Positions 1 through 9,669 of a stretch of 37,849 nt of DNA are shown one piece after another. Each line of letters begins with the position of its first letter. Positions within the stretch are counted from its first letter, which is position 1. Under the pieces are notes generated by a model. That model had not been told where the DNA came from. It searched no databases and saw nothing but the letters and a program-made list of their open reading frames with translations. The translations under genes were made by a program, and so were the position numbers. Source of the stretch: a virus (lineage: Duplodnaviria; Caudoviricetes); IMG/VR virus record IMGVR_UViG_3300016484_000127, positions 1-37,849 of that record; one strand, 5' to 3'.

Positions 1-13
1 AGCGGGTCTGCTA
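1..13. repeat. 13-bp terminal direct repeat, left copy (circular assembly overlap)
   Basis: AGCGGGTCTGCTA at 1-13 is identical to 37837-37849. Confidence 0.9.
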
Positions 14-2018
14 AATACCATTCATATGAACTTGCGGTCGTTGGAACGGTTGTTGAACTGGAATTATAAAGCCCAAAATAGGATTTGCCTCGCGGGTCTA
101 AACTAAATCCCGTTCCGTCAATGTCATCGGCATAAGCAACGGCAATATATCTTTCATCAAACTGGAATGTAGTTGGCCGCCAATTCAAAACTAAAGACGC
201 TGAACTATATTGGCTTTTGGCAATAGCATTTACCATGCGGCTGAAAAAATACCAGTTGCCCGCTGGAATGTTAAATAGCTGAACTGGGGGCAATACGGCT
301 GATTGTCCATAAGGATTGCCGTTAGATTGAACTGCGGTAGTGCCAGCAAAAATCATCTGACTTTCAGTTGGATATTGATAAGCTGAATACCAAACCTCCG
401 CATATTCTGTTATGCCCGCGCTTGATGACGTTACATAAACGCTAAATGCTGGATTGTTAGCATTAGGCAGAATGTTTCCAACAGTAGGCGCTGGAACTGA
501 ACCGAATGTTGTAGGGCTACCCAATCCCGTATTAGGGGCTGGGGTGAATTGCGTCACGTTTTTATCGTCATAAACAGTTGAGTTGAACTCGGACAATGAA
601 AGCGTTGCAAACACTTGGCCGCCGTCATTGAACTTTTGCGTGACTTTAATAATGCGGAATGGTTTTGCTGTCCATCCAAAATTAGCATTAGTGACAGTAA
701 CAATATCGCCCGCTTGAAGCTGTAATCCCGTGTAATCAATATCAAGCTGAACTTGTAAATCCTCACGCGCCGCCTCAAGCATTGAATTAGCAATATATTG
801 AGCGCGAACATCGCTGTTAACTAAATTAAGATTTACTGTTTGTTTATTGATTGGCTCATTAGGGAAAAGCAAAGACGGATTTAAAACAGCCAAGTCAAAA
901 GTTGCGCTGGCAAACGTATCTTTTTCTGACCCGTCAGGGAATTTAACCTCAATGATATTAAAGCTGTTGGCTAAATCAATCGGCGTAACTGAAATGCCTG
1001 AAATGATATTGCTATCATTCAAATCCATCGCTACGGTATAAGTCGGTTTTTGAACTACAACGCCCCACTTGCCTGTAATCTCGTTATAACGGATTAAAGA
1101 ATTACAACAATCACTCATCATCTGAATGTTGTTCATAATCTTTTGGGTTGTATCAATAGTGCCATCGAAACGGTATCTTGAAATGGTGCTAGAGCCTCCA
1201 GTCCAAGTTGTATATCCAACAGGCGCATTGCCGTATGTATTCAATTCATCAAGGCTATCCGTATCAATTAAAGACGGTAAAATGCCAGCCCCATATCGCT
1301 GGCTAACAAAATAGTCATAAAAACAATCGCCAGTAGCGGCGCGTGAATTTGTCACTTGGAATTTAAGTTGAGGCAAACCAACAAGATTGCGGCTTTGACT
1401 GTATTTTAATTTTACAACCGCAAAAGCTGTATTGCTCATTAGCTTTGTGCTATCCCAAGAATACACAAACCCACTACCGCCAAAAACTGAAATTGCATTA
1501 GAACTTGTATTAGTTGGTTGATATGAACCGTTTTTATAAAGATAAATGTTTAAATAGCCTGATATGTCTTGGTCTGCGCCCGTGCTTGTATCTCGCAATT
1601 TCACTACTTTGGTCAAATCTGTACCATCAAAAATACATAACTTGCCACCAAAATAGATATTGCCGAAGCTAATTGCGTCAGGGCTTCCAGTTGAATTAGG
1701 GTCTGTATTAGTGACTTCAGAAAGCGCAACGCACCAAATCATGGTTTGGTTATCGGTTGAAATGGTAAGGTCAGTCACCGTGCCGCCTACATAAGCCGTT
1801 CCATAAACAACAGGGAGTTTATTGTTGCCCGCTGGCGAAGCTGTTTGCCTACTGCCAGGGTCTGGCATCTTTTGCTGTTGATTAGGCGCGTCAGGCGCGA
1901 AAATCTTTGAAATGATTGACGATGCAACCATGTTGATAGCGAATGAAATAATCATCCCAAACGGATTTGAGCTAAAAAATGTTGTTTTTAGTGCAAAATC
2001 TAAAATCTTATCTGCCAT
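1..2018 (-). CDS. Tail tip / host-specificity (lambda J-like) protein, 5' part; runs off the left edge and continues at the right end
   Basis: Not in the ORF track because it has no stop in the window. Manual translation from ATG 2018: MADKILDFALK...PAGNNKLPVVYGTAYVGG; near the edge, same frame: DGTGFSLDPRGKSYFGLYN...YEWYLADP. LPVVYG motif and position after the tail hub genes. Only the ends were translated. Confidence 0.8.
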   Translation of the reverse strand, partial: MADKILDFALKTTFFSSNPFGMIISFAINMVASSIISKIFAPDAPNQQQKMPDPGSRQTASPAGNNKLPVVYGTAYVGGTVTDLTISTDNQTMIWCVALSEVTNTDPNSTGSPDAISFGNIYFGGKLCIFDGTDLTKVVKLRDTSTGADQDISGYLNIYLYKNGSYQPTNTSSNAISVFGGSGFVYSWDSTKLMSNTAFAVVKLKYSQSRNLVGLPQLKFQVTNSRAATGDCFYDYFVSQRYGAGILPSLIDTDSLDELNTYGNAPVGYTTWTGGSSTISRYRFDGTIDTTQKIMNNIQMMSDCCNSLIRYNEITGKWGVVVQKPTYTVAMDLNDSNIISGISVTPIDLANSFNIIEVKFPDGSEKDTFASATFDLAVLNPSLLFPNEPINKQTVNLNLVNSDVRAQYIANSMLEAAREDLQVQLDIDYTGLQLQAGDIVTVTNANFGWTAKPFRIIKVTQKFNDGGQVFATLSLSEFNSTVYDDKNVTQFTPAPNTGLGSPTTFGSVPAPTVGNILPNANNPAFSVYVTSSSAGITEYAEVWYSAYQYPTESQMIFAGTTAVQSNGNPYGQSAVLPPVQLFNIPAGNWYFFSRMVNAIAKSQYSSASLVLNWRPTTFQFDERYIAVAYADDIDGTGFSLDPRGKSYFGLYNSSSTTVPTTASSYEWYLADP

Positions 2019-2019
2019 T

Positions 2020-2439
2020 TTATAATTCCCAGCTCGTTTCTAATTGCCTAAATCCTAGCTTTTCAAAGTTGGCCTGTTTGTGCGATGAAATAAGCGCTTT
2101 AGATATTCTGCCTTCAGCTTTCATTTCGGTTGCTATTGTGACATATTCTTTAATCAGCTTCACCATTGTTAGCCGATTATTTGCGTGTAGCATAACTTCG
2201 ACTAATTGATATTGCTCAACCCAAAATGCCTGATTGATAACCGCAACCAATAGGGCAGTTTTTTCCTCATTGATTAGGATAACCCCTGACCCCGCAAAAA
2301 TCTTTGCTAAAATCGCTTCTATTCGCGTTTTAGACCATGTTAACGGGTCGTAACCCAAAGCAATTTCGGATTGTTCAGCAAACTCTTTTAACAATCTTAT
2401 AATGTCTTGTGTATCGAACTTGTTTGCTCGTCTTATCAC
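2020..2439 (-). CDS. GNAT-fold-like protein in the tail module
   Basis: N-terminal IRRA..D...I..L and C-terminal FEKLGF are typical of GNAT folds; 4-nt overlap with the upstream gene. Confidence 0.55.
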   Translation of the reverse strand: MIRRANKFDTQDIIRLLKEFAEQSEIALGYDPLTWSKTRIEAILAKIFAGSGVILINEEKTALLVAVINQAFWVEQYQLVEVMLHANNRLTMVKLIKEYVTIATEMKAEGRISKALISSHKQANFEKLGFRQLETSWEL

Positions 2440-3050
2440 GATGTATAGCGGCTTGTGTCTTTTTCTTTGCCAAAAAAGTAATTCACGTCTGTAATCACGC
2501 CAATCCTATTCATACTGGTATCGCCAGCATTAAAGAATTGCCACGCATTGTCGTTTGTATAACGGCCAGCCGTGCGGTTTTGTAAAATGATTTGAATGCT
2601 TGATGCTGATATGGTGATTGTGCCTACATATTGGCGGGCTTCCTCCATCCATTGTTCAGCAACCTGAAATGAATTGATGTAGCCTGTAAAGAATTTATAA
2701 AGGCCGCCCGTGCCACCTGTTGTAATCAATGCGCCATCGGTATCAAAAAAGCCGTGCCACATTTCAATCAATGAGCCTTTTACTTCTTGACCTAATACCC
2801 AAGCTAAATATGCGGTATCAATCCCGACAAGCGTTGCGGCAGTTTCGTTAGCAGTTGATTTAATATCGCGCTGAACATCACCAATCCCGATAAGCCCTGA
2901 AAGGCCATCAAACGGCTCACTATCCACGGCTGGAATTGTTAACGGGCTTGGAGTAGTTGCAAAACGATATGTAGCAGACGGCGTTGTGACGCGCACAAAA
3001 TCTGCCATGCGAATGTTATTGGTATTTTGTAACGGGGTTATGTTATCCAT
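2436..3050 (-). CDS. Minor tail / baseplate hub protein (gpL/DUF2163-like)
   Basis: 204 aa, second gene after the tape measure; FTGYI and GRYTND..WQ...GDTSM patterns. Confidence 0.6.
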   Translation of the reverse strand: MDNITPLQNTNNIRMADFVRVTTPSATYRFATTPSPLTIPAVDSEPFDGLSGLIGIGDVQRDIKSTANETAATLVGIDTAYLAWVLGQEVKGSLIEMWHGFFDTDGALITTGGTGGLYKFFTGYINSFQVAEQWMEEARQYVGTITISASSIQIILQNRTAGRYTNDNAWQFFNAGDTSMNRIGVITDVNYFFGKEKDTSRYTS

Positions 3051-3729
3051 TTAGAACCGCCTCAAAAGCCTTAAATGTGCCTGACCACTTGATATAGCTA
3101 TCATTGTTAAATGGCGTCAATGTGTATGTCGGATAGTCGCGCAAAATAACAGGGAATGTCACGCCAGCATAACTTGTACCGCCCAAACTGATAGTTGTAC
3201 CCAATTCGCCTATTACAGCGCTTACAGGGCTAACAAGCGGTGTAATTAGATTGCGATGAACTGGAATGTTGACCGTTGACCCGCCGCCGCGTTGAACGTC
3301 TGCCGTAGCAATATAAGCGTAACGGCCTACCTGACAAAAATCGCCAATCTTAACAATATATGCGCTTGCTGAAATAGCTGGCAAATTGCCCAATACCAAT
3401 ACTTTGTTTGCGCTAGACGTTTCCCATTGACAGGCCGTGACTTGCGAATTTGTCATGTCACCTTGATATTTAATGTAGTTTTTCCAGCCAGTTGTGCCAA
3501 AGTTTAAATACTGCTCAAGCGATTTGTCAGGAATACGAAGCGAATTAAGTAAACTTCTGTTTTGGCTGTATAGCAAATAATCCATTGGCTTCATTTCAAA
3601 AGCAAACGGCTGAACAGTTAGAATTTCAGAAGTTGAAATACGCTGATTGCGGCTTACAGTCTGACCGACAAACTTTTGGTCATTGATACCAACAGTTTCT
3701 GAATGATATAGGATTTGATTTAAACTCAT
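3043..3729 (-). CDS. Distal tail protein (putative)
   Basis: 228 aa directly after the tape measure; beta-rich, GDFCQVG pattern. Confidence 0.55.
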   Translation of the reverse strand: MSLNQILYHSETVGINDQKFVGQTVSRNQRISTSEILTVQPFAFEMKPMDYLLYSQNRSLLNSLRIPDKSLEQYLNFGTTGWKNYIKYQGDMTNSQVTACQWETSSANKVLVLGNLPAISASAYIVKIGDFCQVGRYAYIATADVQRGGGSTVNIPVHRNLITPLVSPVSAVIGELGTTISLGGTSYAGVTFPVILRDYPTYTLTPFNNDSYIKWSGTFKAFEAVLNG

Positions 3730-3732
3730 ATA

Positions 3733-6000
3733 TTACCTCGATGTTGGCATACCACGTTGAGCAGATTGATTAGCCGCCCATACCGCATTTTTATTCTTGG
3801 CCAAAAACTGAATACCGCTTTGTGTATCAATAGCACTCATGTTTGCAATATATGGGCCATTGTAAACCACTTGAGGTTGATTGCCACTCATAGCTTGAGG
3901 CATCTGCATATTCGGAATAATTGAGCCGCCTGATTTTGGAGGCACAAATAATTCTGGCCCATTTTCGCCTACTAGGTAAGGCTGGCCGCCTTGTACGTCA
4001 CCGCCAGTTGCCTTGCCATTGAAGCTCAAATAATAATCAAGACTTTGGCTGTCAGGTAAAGCGCCGCCAAATATGCCGCCGATTTTATCGCCAATCATCC
4101 CCAAAAGGCCTGTTGCTTGCGCTTTTAAATAGAATTTCATCAGCTCTTTAATCATTGAGCCAATCATGTCTTTAAATGAGGCTTTGCCATTTTCTACAAA
4201 ACTATCAATCGCTGAATTCATTGCACTTGTCATTGAACTAAACGCTTGAGCGCCCATAGCGGCCGCGTTTGAAGCATCTTGCTTGTATTTAAAATAGGCT
4301 TCCTCCCATCCGTAGCTGAATGAGCGTCTATGCGCCTCATCCTCTTTAAAGATTTGCATACGGGTGTTGCTTAATTGAACTTCAATGTCAATTTCGTCTT
4401 GGATAGCTTTTCGCTGGGCTTCGTAATGTTGACGGCCTTGCGCATCAGCGCCTTGAGGCAATTCGGCCATTTTTTCTCGAAGTTGAAGGATTTTTCTTTG
4501 ACTTGTTAATACTTCATTGGCTACGTTGTAGTCATATTCGCTCATCCTTGATTTTTTGTGGTTGAGCAACAATGAAGCCTCGTCAAACTTGGCCATATCA
4601 AATTTGAGTTGAGATTGCAGGCGCATAATAGAAAGCTCTTGCGACATTTGAGCCGTTAAAACTCGATGCGCGTCTAAAGCCTTTTGGTCTGCCGCTTTTA
4701 ATTCGGCCGCTTGCAAGGCTCTATCTGCCGCAATTTCGGCGGCGGTATGACGTTCGGAGTTAATGTATTGCTGATGCGTAGCTAGGATTTGTAGCCTTTC
4801 TTTTTCGCGGGCAATTTCAATCTCTTTGTTTTTGTTTGTGTATTCGTCAGTCCAAACGCCTTCGGCTTTGATTTGAGCCGCTTTGCTTTCCAATTCCATT
4901 AAGTCTTTAGTGAGCTTGATTTTTGATTTAATGGCTTTGACGGCTGGAGTATCTTCAAGTGCCTTTTTAGCGTCAGCATCCTCTTGGTCTTTTTGGGCTT
5001 TTAATTCAGCGTTTATTTTTCTGATTTCTTCATCTTCACCTTCGCCAAGGTTTCCTGAATGAAGCAACGCGGCCGCACCAATAACCCAACGTAGTTTAGT
5101 TGCAAGTTCAATAATGTTTTTAACCCAAGGCGCTACAACAACCATGCCGCCGCTAGTATTGAGGATGCTAATAGCAGTTGCCAATTCTAATACAGCAACG
5201 CGGGCAGTATTGATGGCTGAAATGATTGCTAGGCTTCCAATTCCAATTAGAGCCGTTTTGAATAATTCAATGCTGACAACATTGTCTTTATTGACGAATG
5301 GCGCCATAAGGCTTGCCATCGCAATACGCAAATTGTCCATTGTAGTTTTTAGCGTATCGTTAGCTTGCCCAACCTTCAGGATTGCGTCTTGTTGTTTTTG
5401 ATACTCAAGCGTTGTTTTGCTTAATTCCTCATTGACGCCTTTAAGGTCTAGCCCAAAACCGCCTTTGCCCAAAAACTCTCTTGCGGCCGCTACATTCTTA
5501 AATACATTCTCACCTTTTGCCAAAGCCTCGAATGTTCTATCAATGGCTTTTTCAGGTGACATGGTGCTAATTTCGCGCCATGTAATCCCCAAATCCTCAA
5601 ACGTGCGGATTGCTTTTGTGTTGCCTTCTTGCGCTGAACTTAATGTGCTGAATAATTTAGACAGGATTTTGCCAGCTTGGTCTGCTGAACCGCCTGAAAC
5701 TTCGATTGCGTGTCTGAATTGAAGTGTTTTGGCTACGCTGATGCCGAAGCCTTGAGAAAGGTCTTTAATGTCGTTGGCATAGCTCATTGTGCTTGCGGCA
5801 AGCGCCGTGAAGCCGATTGTTGAGATACCTAAAGCGCCGCCTAGACTGTTAAACAGCTTTGTAACGCCGCCAAGCTCATTACCGATGTTTTTAAAAGCCG
5901 TTTGAAGGTCTTTAGCCTCTTGCTTTGCTTTTGCGGTAGCCTTATCCCACTCGACTGTTACAAGGCCTAACTTTACTGATAATGAGCCGATGACTGCCAT
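3733..6000 (-). CDS. Tail tape measure protein
   Basis: 755 aa, helical and Ala/Lys-rich; N-terminal IGSLSVKLGL; C-terminal ATGGDV..GQPYLVGENGPELFVP. Confidence 0.92.
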   Translation of the reverse strand: MAVIGSLSVKLGLVTVEWDKATAKAKQEAKDLQTAFKNIGNELGGVTKLFNSLGGALGISTIGFTALAASTMSYANDIKDLSQGFGISVAKTLQFRHAIEVSGGSADQAGKILSKLFSTLSSAQEGNTKAIRTFEDLGITWREISTMSPEKAIDRTFEALAKGENVFKNVAAAREFLGKGGFGLDLKGVNEELSKTTLEYQKQQDAILKVGQANDTLKTTMDNLRIAMASLMAPFVNKDNVVSIELFKTALIGIGSLAIISAINTARVAVLELATAISILNTSGGMVVVAPWVKNIIELATKLRWVIGAAALLHSGNLGEGEDEEIRKINAELKAQKDQEDADAKKALEDTPAVKAIKSKIKLTKDLMELESKAAQIKAEGVWTDEYTNKNKEIEIAREKERLQILATHQQYINSERHTAAEIAADRALQAAELKAADQKALDAHRVLTAQMSQELSIMRLQSQLKFDMAKFDEASLLLNHKKSRMSEYDYNVANEVLTSQRKILQLREKMAELPQGADAQGRQHYEAQRKAIQDEIDIEVQLSNTRMQIFKEDEAHRRSFSYGWEEAYFKYKQDASNAAAMGAQAFSSMTSAMNSAIDSFVENGKASFKDMIGSMIKELMKFYLKAQATGLLGMIGDKIGGIFGGALPDSQSLDYYLSFNGKATGGDVQGGQPYLVGENGPELFVPPKSGGSIIPNMQMPQAMSGNQPQVVYNGPYIANMSAIDTQSGIQFLAKNKNAVWAANQSAQRGMPTSR

Positions 6001-6003
6001 AGC

Positions 6004-6546
6004 CTAACCCTCTTTTGCGTACTTACCCATAAACAATTCATACCAAATGTTCTTGCCTAGATTGCCAATCACCTTTTGATAATTGTTATCTAATGCTGGT
6101 CGCAAGAATGGGTGAGCGCCCATGGCCGCTGTTCCAAATTCGCTGTTAATCAAGCGCTTGTTACCGAACTCTTGTGACACGCCTACTGGTTTGAGATTAT
6201 ACGCGATTGTTTGAAAACGGCCACGCTTGTTTAGCACCATTCTGTACTTTGTATCCTCGCGCTTGGGGCTTAAAGTAACCCGCGCCATGTACATTTCGCC
6301 TTGATAGCTGTTTGACTTTTTATCGCGGGCTTGCGGCTTATGCACTTTCATGTAGATATGCTCTTTTAATTGGCCTGTATCGCTAGGGGCAAATGTTTTA
6401 GCGTTTTCTAATACGACTTGCATAGCGCCGCCTAAAGCGTTGCGCCAAATTTTATCCGTCTTGCCGCGCCCAATCTCTTCAGCAAGCTCATCCATCTTTT
6501 TGTACAATTCCTCAAAGCCTTCAATCTTTGTACTAAACTCTTGCAT
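6004..6546 (-). CDS. HK97 gp10-like tail component
   Basis: IEGFEEL, AKTFAPSDTGQLK, EFGT..M.AHPFLRPA motifs; start moved to ATG 6546. Confidence 0.8.
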   Translation of the reverse strand: MQEFSTKIEGFEELYKKMDELAEEIGRGKTDKIWRNALGGAMQVVLENAKTFAPSDTGQLKEHIYMKVHKPQARDKKSNSYQGEMYMARVTLSPKREDTKYRMVLNKRGRFQTIAYNLKPVGVSQEFGNKRLINSEFGTAAMGAHPFLRPALDNNYQKVIGNLGKNIWYELFMGKYAKEG

Positions 6547-6874
6547 TTTTAAACCTATCCATTTTGAAATGTTTAGCGTGAGAGATAAATCCCAATAGGC
6601 CGTTGCTACCAACAGACACTTCATCTTCATCCAATGACGGGTCTTTTTGGTATTCGTTTACCCAAGGGAAAATTTGTTCAGGTTTAAATGGATGCGCGTT
6701 GGCTGGGCGCAAGTAGTTGAATATCGCGGTCGTAATAGGTGTTAATGCGTCAAACACGCCTTTGTTGCCAAGTAAGCCGTCTGCATACATAACTTGTATC
6801 TCCGCAAATAATTCTTCATCCAGCTCGTTTACATATTCTTCAGTATGTCCGTTGAACACCATCGAGGCAACCAC
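6533..6874 (-). CDS. Tail assembly chaperone, frameshift-extended part (gpT-like)
   Basis: Lies in the -1 frame relative to 6895-7413 and is open from the A-run at 6901-6907. Confidence 0.7.
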   Translation of the reverse strand: MVASMVFNGHTEEYVNELDEELFAEIQVMYADGLLGNKGVFDALTPITTAIFNYLRPANAHPFKPEQIFPWVNEYQKDPSLDEDEVSVGSNGLLGFISHAKHFKMDRFKNARV

Positions 6875-6894
6875 TTGTCTGCGTAGTGATTGCC

Positions 6895-7413
6895 TTAATC
6901 TTTTTTTGCCGATTTGTAGTCAGGCTTGATTGCTTTTTCAATCTCTTCAACAATGGCTTTAATCCATATTTCAGAAAACTCGCCGCTGATTTGCTCATAG
7001 CTTTCGTTGATAGGCTCGCCCGTTTCGGAATGTAATAGGTGGAAAAACTCCTCAACCTTTACTTGATACATTGACCCCATCGTGGCCGCTTGCTTCATCG
7101 ACATTCCATCTAGGATAATGTCATCATCAAGCACCTTTAAAACGCTTTTTTCGGCGTTTAGCGCCGCTAAAAAATCATCCCCACCTTCGTCTATGGATTT
7201 TTTCAATCCAGCCGTATAGAACTCGTAAAGTGCTTTTACGCGGTCATCGTCAGGCGTTGAGATTTTAGTCGTAATCGCTTCCATTTCTTTTTTGAGCGGG
7301 ATGCGTACTTTTAATTCAATCGTTGCGTCATCTACGCTGATTTGGATTTTGCGTAGTTTGATTTTATCCTTGGCCTGTTCGTATGAACTGCCTAGCTTGT
7401 TTGCTAATGACAT
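6895..7413 (-). CDS. Tail assembly chaperone (gpG-like)
   Basis: 172 aa between the major tail and tape measure genes; ends GCA AAA AAA GAT TAA. Confidence 0.7.
   Translation of the reverse strand: MSLANKLGSSYEQAKDKIKLRKIQISVDDATIELKVRIPLKKEMEAITTKISTPDDDRVKALYEFYTAGLKKSIDEGGDDFLAALNAEKSVLKVLDDDIILDGMSMKQAATMGSMYQVKVEEFFHLLHSETGEPINESYEQISGEFSEIWIKAIVEEIEKAIKPDYKSAKKD
6901..6907 (-). other. Putative -1 ribosomal frameshift site (A AAA AAA)
   Basis: X XXY YYZ heptamer in the chaperone frame; the -1 frame reads KKRLRQSLRRQVVASMVF into ORF 6533-6874. Confidence 0.7.
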
Positions 7414-7417
7414 TGTC

Positions 7418-7639
7418 TTATCCTTTAATTATCTTGTTGTAAATGGCGTTATTGAGTTGTACAGCGTAGTCCACGGCCTCGTCAGGGCTTATTTTGTCGG
7501 CATGAGCAATAGCGATTTGATGCGCTAGGAAAATGCCTGTAATTCGCTGTTGAGGAAAACCCCACCAATTTTTTTGATTGGTGTTGGATTGTGTAACGAT
7601 GTAGCTCAATAAGTCATCTGTATTATTTATTTGTGTCAT
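7418..7639 (-). CDS. Hypothetical protein in the tail operon
   Basis: Fills the gap between the terminator and the chaperone gene; ATG 7639 lies downstream of the terminator. Confidence 0.7.
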   Translation of the reverse strand: MTQINNTDDLLSYIVTQSNTNQKNWWGFPQQRITGIFLAHQIAIAHADKISPDEAVDYAVQLNNAIYNKIIKG

Positions 7640-7646
7640 ATAGTGT

Positions 7647-7666
7647 AAAAGCCCCTTTCGGGGCTT
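7647..7666 (-). terminator. Intrinsic terminator after the major tail gene
   Basis: Minus strand AAGCCCC-GAAA-GGGGCTT then TT. Confidence 0.75.
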
Positions 7667-7675
7667 CTGTTCCAA

Positions 7676-8200
7676 TTAAGCGTTGTTTGACCAACCGTAA
7701 GCGTTGCCGCCTGTCGGATGAACAGTAAACTCAAATTTGCCTTCAGCAGTAGGTGACATATCCCATTTCAAACCGCCAACACGGCCGTTGAATGCGTATG
7801 CTACTGTATCTGTACCGTCGTAAACAGCGATTACATATGTACGGATGATTGTGCCGTTGTAGCCATCATCACGGATAAGCAATTGTGCTGGGTCTGCTGG
7901 GTTCCATGGTGCTGTAATGGTCAATGAAGTCACTTGGTTTTGTGTAGTGATTTTCGCGCCAGTACGTGCGCCAGCGATGTTGTAAGCCGCAAATGCGTCA
8001 TCAGCACCGAAAGCTGGTACAGCCTCTACTGGTACTTGGATGCCGTCAGTACCTAGACCGCCAGCAGAAGTGCCGATAATGTCTTGTACATAACCTGTCC
8101 AAGTTGCTAATTGAGAGTCAGTCAAAGCTGTTGGATTTGCGCCAGTTTGGCACCATAGCGTTGCTACATACCCTGGCAATACTTTATTGATTAGAGCCAT
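7676..8200 (-). CDS. Major tail (tube) protein
   Basis: 174 aa after the tail terminator gene, followed by a terminator; T/G/A-rich beta pattern, YAFNGRVGG. Confidence 0.75.
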   Translation of the reverse strand: MALINKVLPGYVATLWCQTGANPTALTDSQLATWTGYVQDIIGTSAGGLGTDGIQVPVEAVPAFGADDAFAAYNIAGARTGAKITTQNQVTSLTITAPWNPADPAQLLIRDDGYNGTIIRTYVIAVYDGTDTVAYAFNGRVGGLKWDMSPTAEGKFEFTVHPTGGNAYGWSNNA

Positions 8201-8240
8201 TTTAAATATCCTTTTTAAAAAAGATTGAACAAATCTTGTC

Positions 8241-8657
8241 TTATGTTGGAATGTCTATGGTGCAATCCAAAATAACTTGGTTTAAACCCGTTTCGTTGTC
8301 GTATGTATTGTATAACCAATTCACATCAGCCTTTGCGATGAAAAAACCGCTAACGCCTCCGAACTGACCTGAATAACCGTGTAACGATTGTAATATGGTA
8401 TTTGACAAATTGAAAGCGTCGTTCATGTCTTGAGCAAATATGCTTATTTGGAAAACTGGCCTGTCAATACCCTTATTGCTTTGCGTTTGACCCGTATAAA
8501 CAGGCTGGTGAATGTTACGCAAAATGTAGGTAACAAACTGCGGCTGTTTAGAAAAATCGCGGTTAAATGCCGCATAAACGGGTACAGGTGAGCAAATAGA
8601 CGTAAGCTGATATTGAATAGCCTCCGCAATTTGCTTTGGATTGTTTTGTGTACTCAT
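8241..8657 (-). CDS. Tail terminator / completion protein (DUF3168-like)
   Basis: PQFVTY, RPVFQISIFA, LHGYSG patterns; position. Confidence 0.75.
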   Translation of the reverse strand: MSTQNNPKQIAEAIQYQLTSICSPVPVYAAFNRDFSKQPQFVTYILRNIHQPVYTGQTQSNKGIDRPVFQISIFAQDMNDAFNLSNTILQSLHGYSGQFGGVSGFFIAKADVNWLYNTYDNETGLNQVILDCTIDIPT

Positions 8658-8998
8658 ACAGGCGCTTTCGGGTCGTTACGGTAACAAACAAATGTAATGC
8701 TCATACGGTCATTGGCTTCGCGGCAATCTGTAATACGCCAATCGTGGTCGCGCCAAGTAATGCTGTAATCAAATTGGCTGTCCGCAATCTCTTTAGTGTT
8801 TGGCGTGTAATTAAGCGTTACATTTACCAAATCAGTATAAAGGCGGTATCTCTCGCTGATGCGAAGGCTGTTGGCCACGTCATGAATTAAGCCCCTAGTT
8901 TCAAACCAAGGCTGAATGCTAGACGTATATTGACCGATAGCGTCTGTTGTATCAACAACGCGGTTTACGGTTATATTTTCGTAGCGGGTAATCGCCAT
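8654..8998 (-). CDS. Head-tail adaptor / head closure protein
   Basis: 114 aa; DAIGQ, ITWRDHDWRI patterns; position. Confidence 0.7.
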   Translation of the reverse strand: MAITRYENITVNRVVDTTDAIGQYTSSIQPWFETRGLIHDVANSLRISERYRLYTDLVNVTLNYTPNTKEIADSQFDYSITWRDHDWRITDCREANDRMSITFVCYRNDPKAPV

Positions 8999-9657
8999 TA
9001 CATCACCAAATCTTTATATGGGCGCAATAACATTTCAACCCCGTAAGGGATTTCAACCAAAGCGCCAGCAGTTGTGTTTGAGCGGTTATTGTACAAATGC
9101 GTGAGCAAAAGTAAGGCCGCTTGTTTAACAACGGGATATTGCGCTAGAAAAGCCGCATTGACCGTGTAATTCACCACAATCGGATTGGCCGCATACTGAC
9201 TTAAAGTATCAGGAATGCTTGTTATAACAACGCGATTGCCCGTTACATCATATGTATAGCTAGACGCTGACAACAATGTTTTTTGGTTGCTGTTATTCCA
9301 ATAATGGATTGTGTTAATCGTAATGCCGTTGCCGCCATTGTACGCCGTTGAAACTTCAGGCAAGTCCAAATAAACAGCCGTTCCATATAAACCTGTATTG
9401 CCGTAATAGACGTTGTACGTCATCGGGAAAATGGCTTTGCCAAGAAAATCCTCAATCGCCATGCGTGTTGCCACTTCAAGGCTTGTTAGGTAGCTGTCTT
9501 GGCTTTCGTCATTAAACAGGTTTAGTTGTTGCGTAATCTCGTCAAGGGTAAGCCATGACGTTTGAATGTCGCGGTTTACCTGTTCAATTTTTGCATAGCT
9601 GAACGGGTTGCGTTGTGTGCCGAAAAATTCGGCTAACGTCATATTTTCGGTAGCCAT
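8998..9657 (-). CDS. Head-tail connector protein (gp6-like)
   Basis: LTLDEI..QL, AIEDFLG, VKQAALLLLTHLYNNR, IPYGVEMLLRPY. Confidence 0.88.
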   Translation of the reverse strand: MATENMTLAEFFGTQRNPFSYAKIEQVNRDIQTSWLTLDEITQQLNLFNDESQDSYLTSLEVATRMAIEDFLGKAIFPMTYNVYYGNTGLYGTAVYLDLPEVSTAYNGGNGITINTIHYWNNSNQKTLLSASSYTYDVTGNRVVITSIPDTLSQYAANPIVVNYTVNAAFLAQYPVVKQAALLLLTHLYNNRSNTTAGALVEIPYGVEMLLRPYKDLVM

Positions 9658-9669
9658 AGCAAGCCCTTA

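Noticed and set aside
554-2209. Short ORFs 554-811, 847-1041, 1126-1314 and 1979-2209
   Set aside because: They are shadow frames of the long minus-strand tail-tip gene and the GNAT-like gene.
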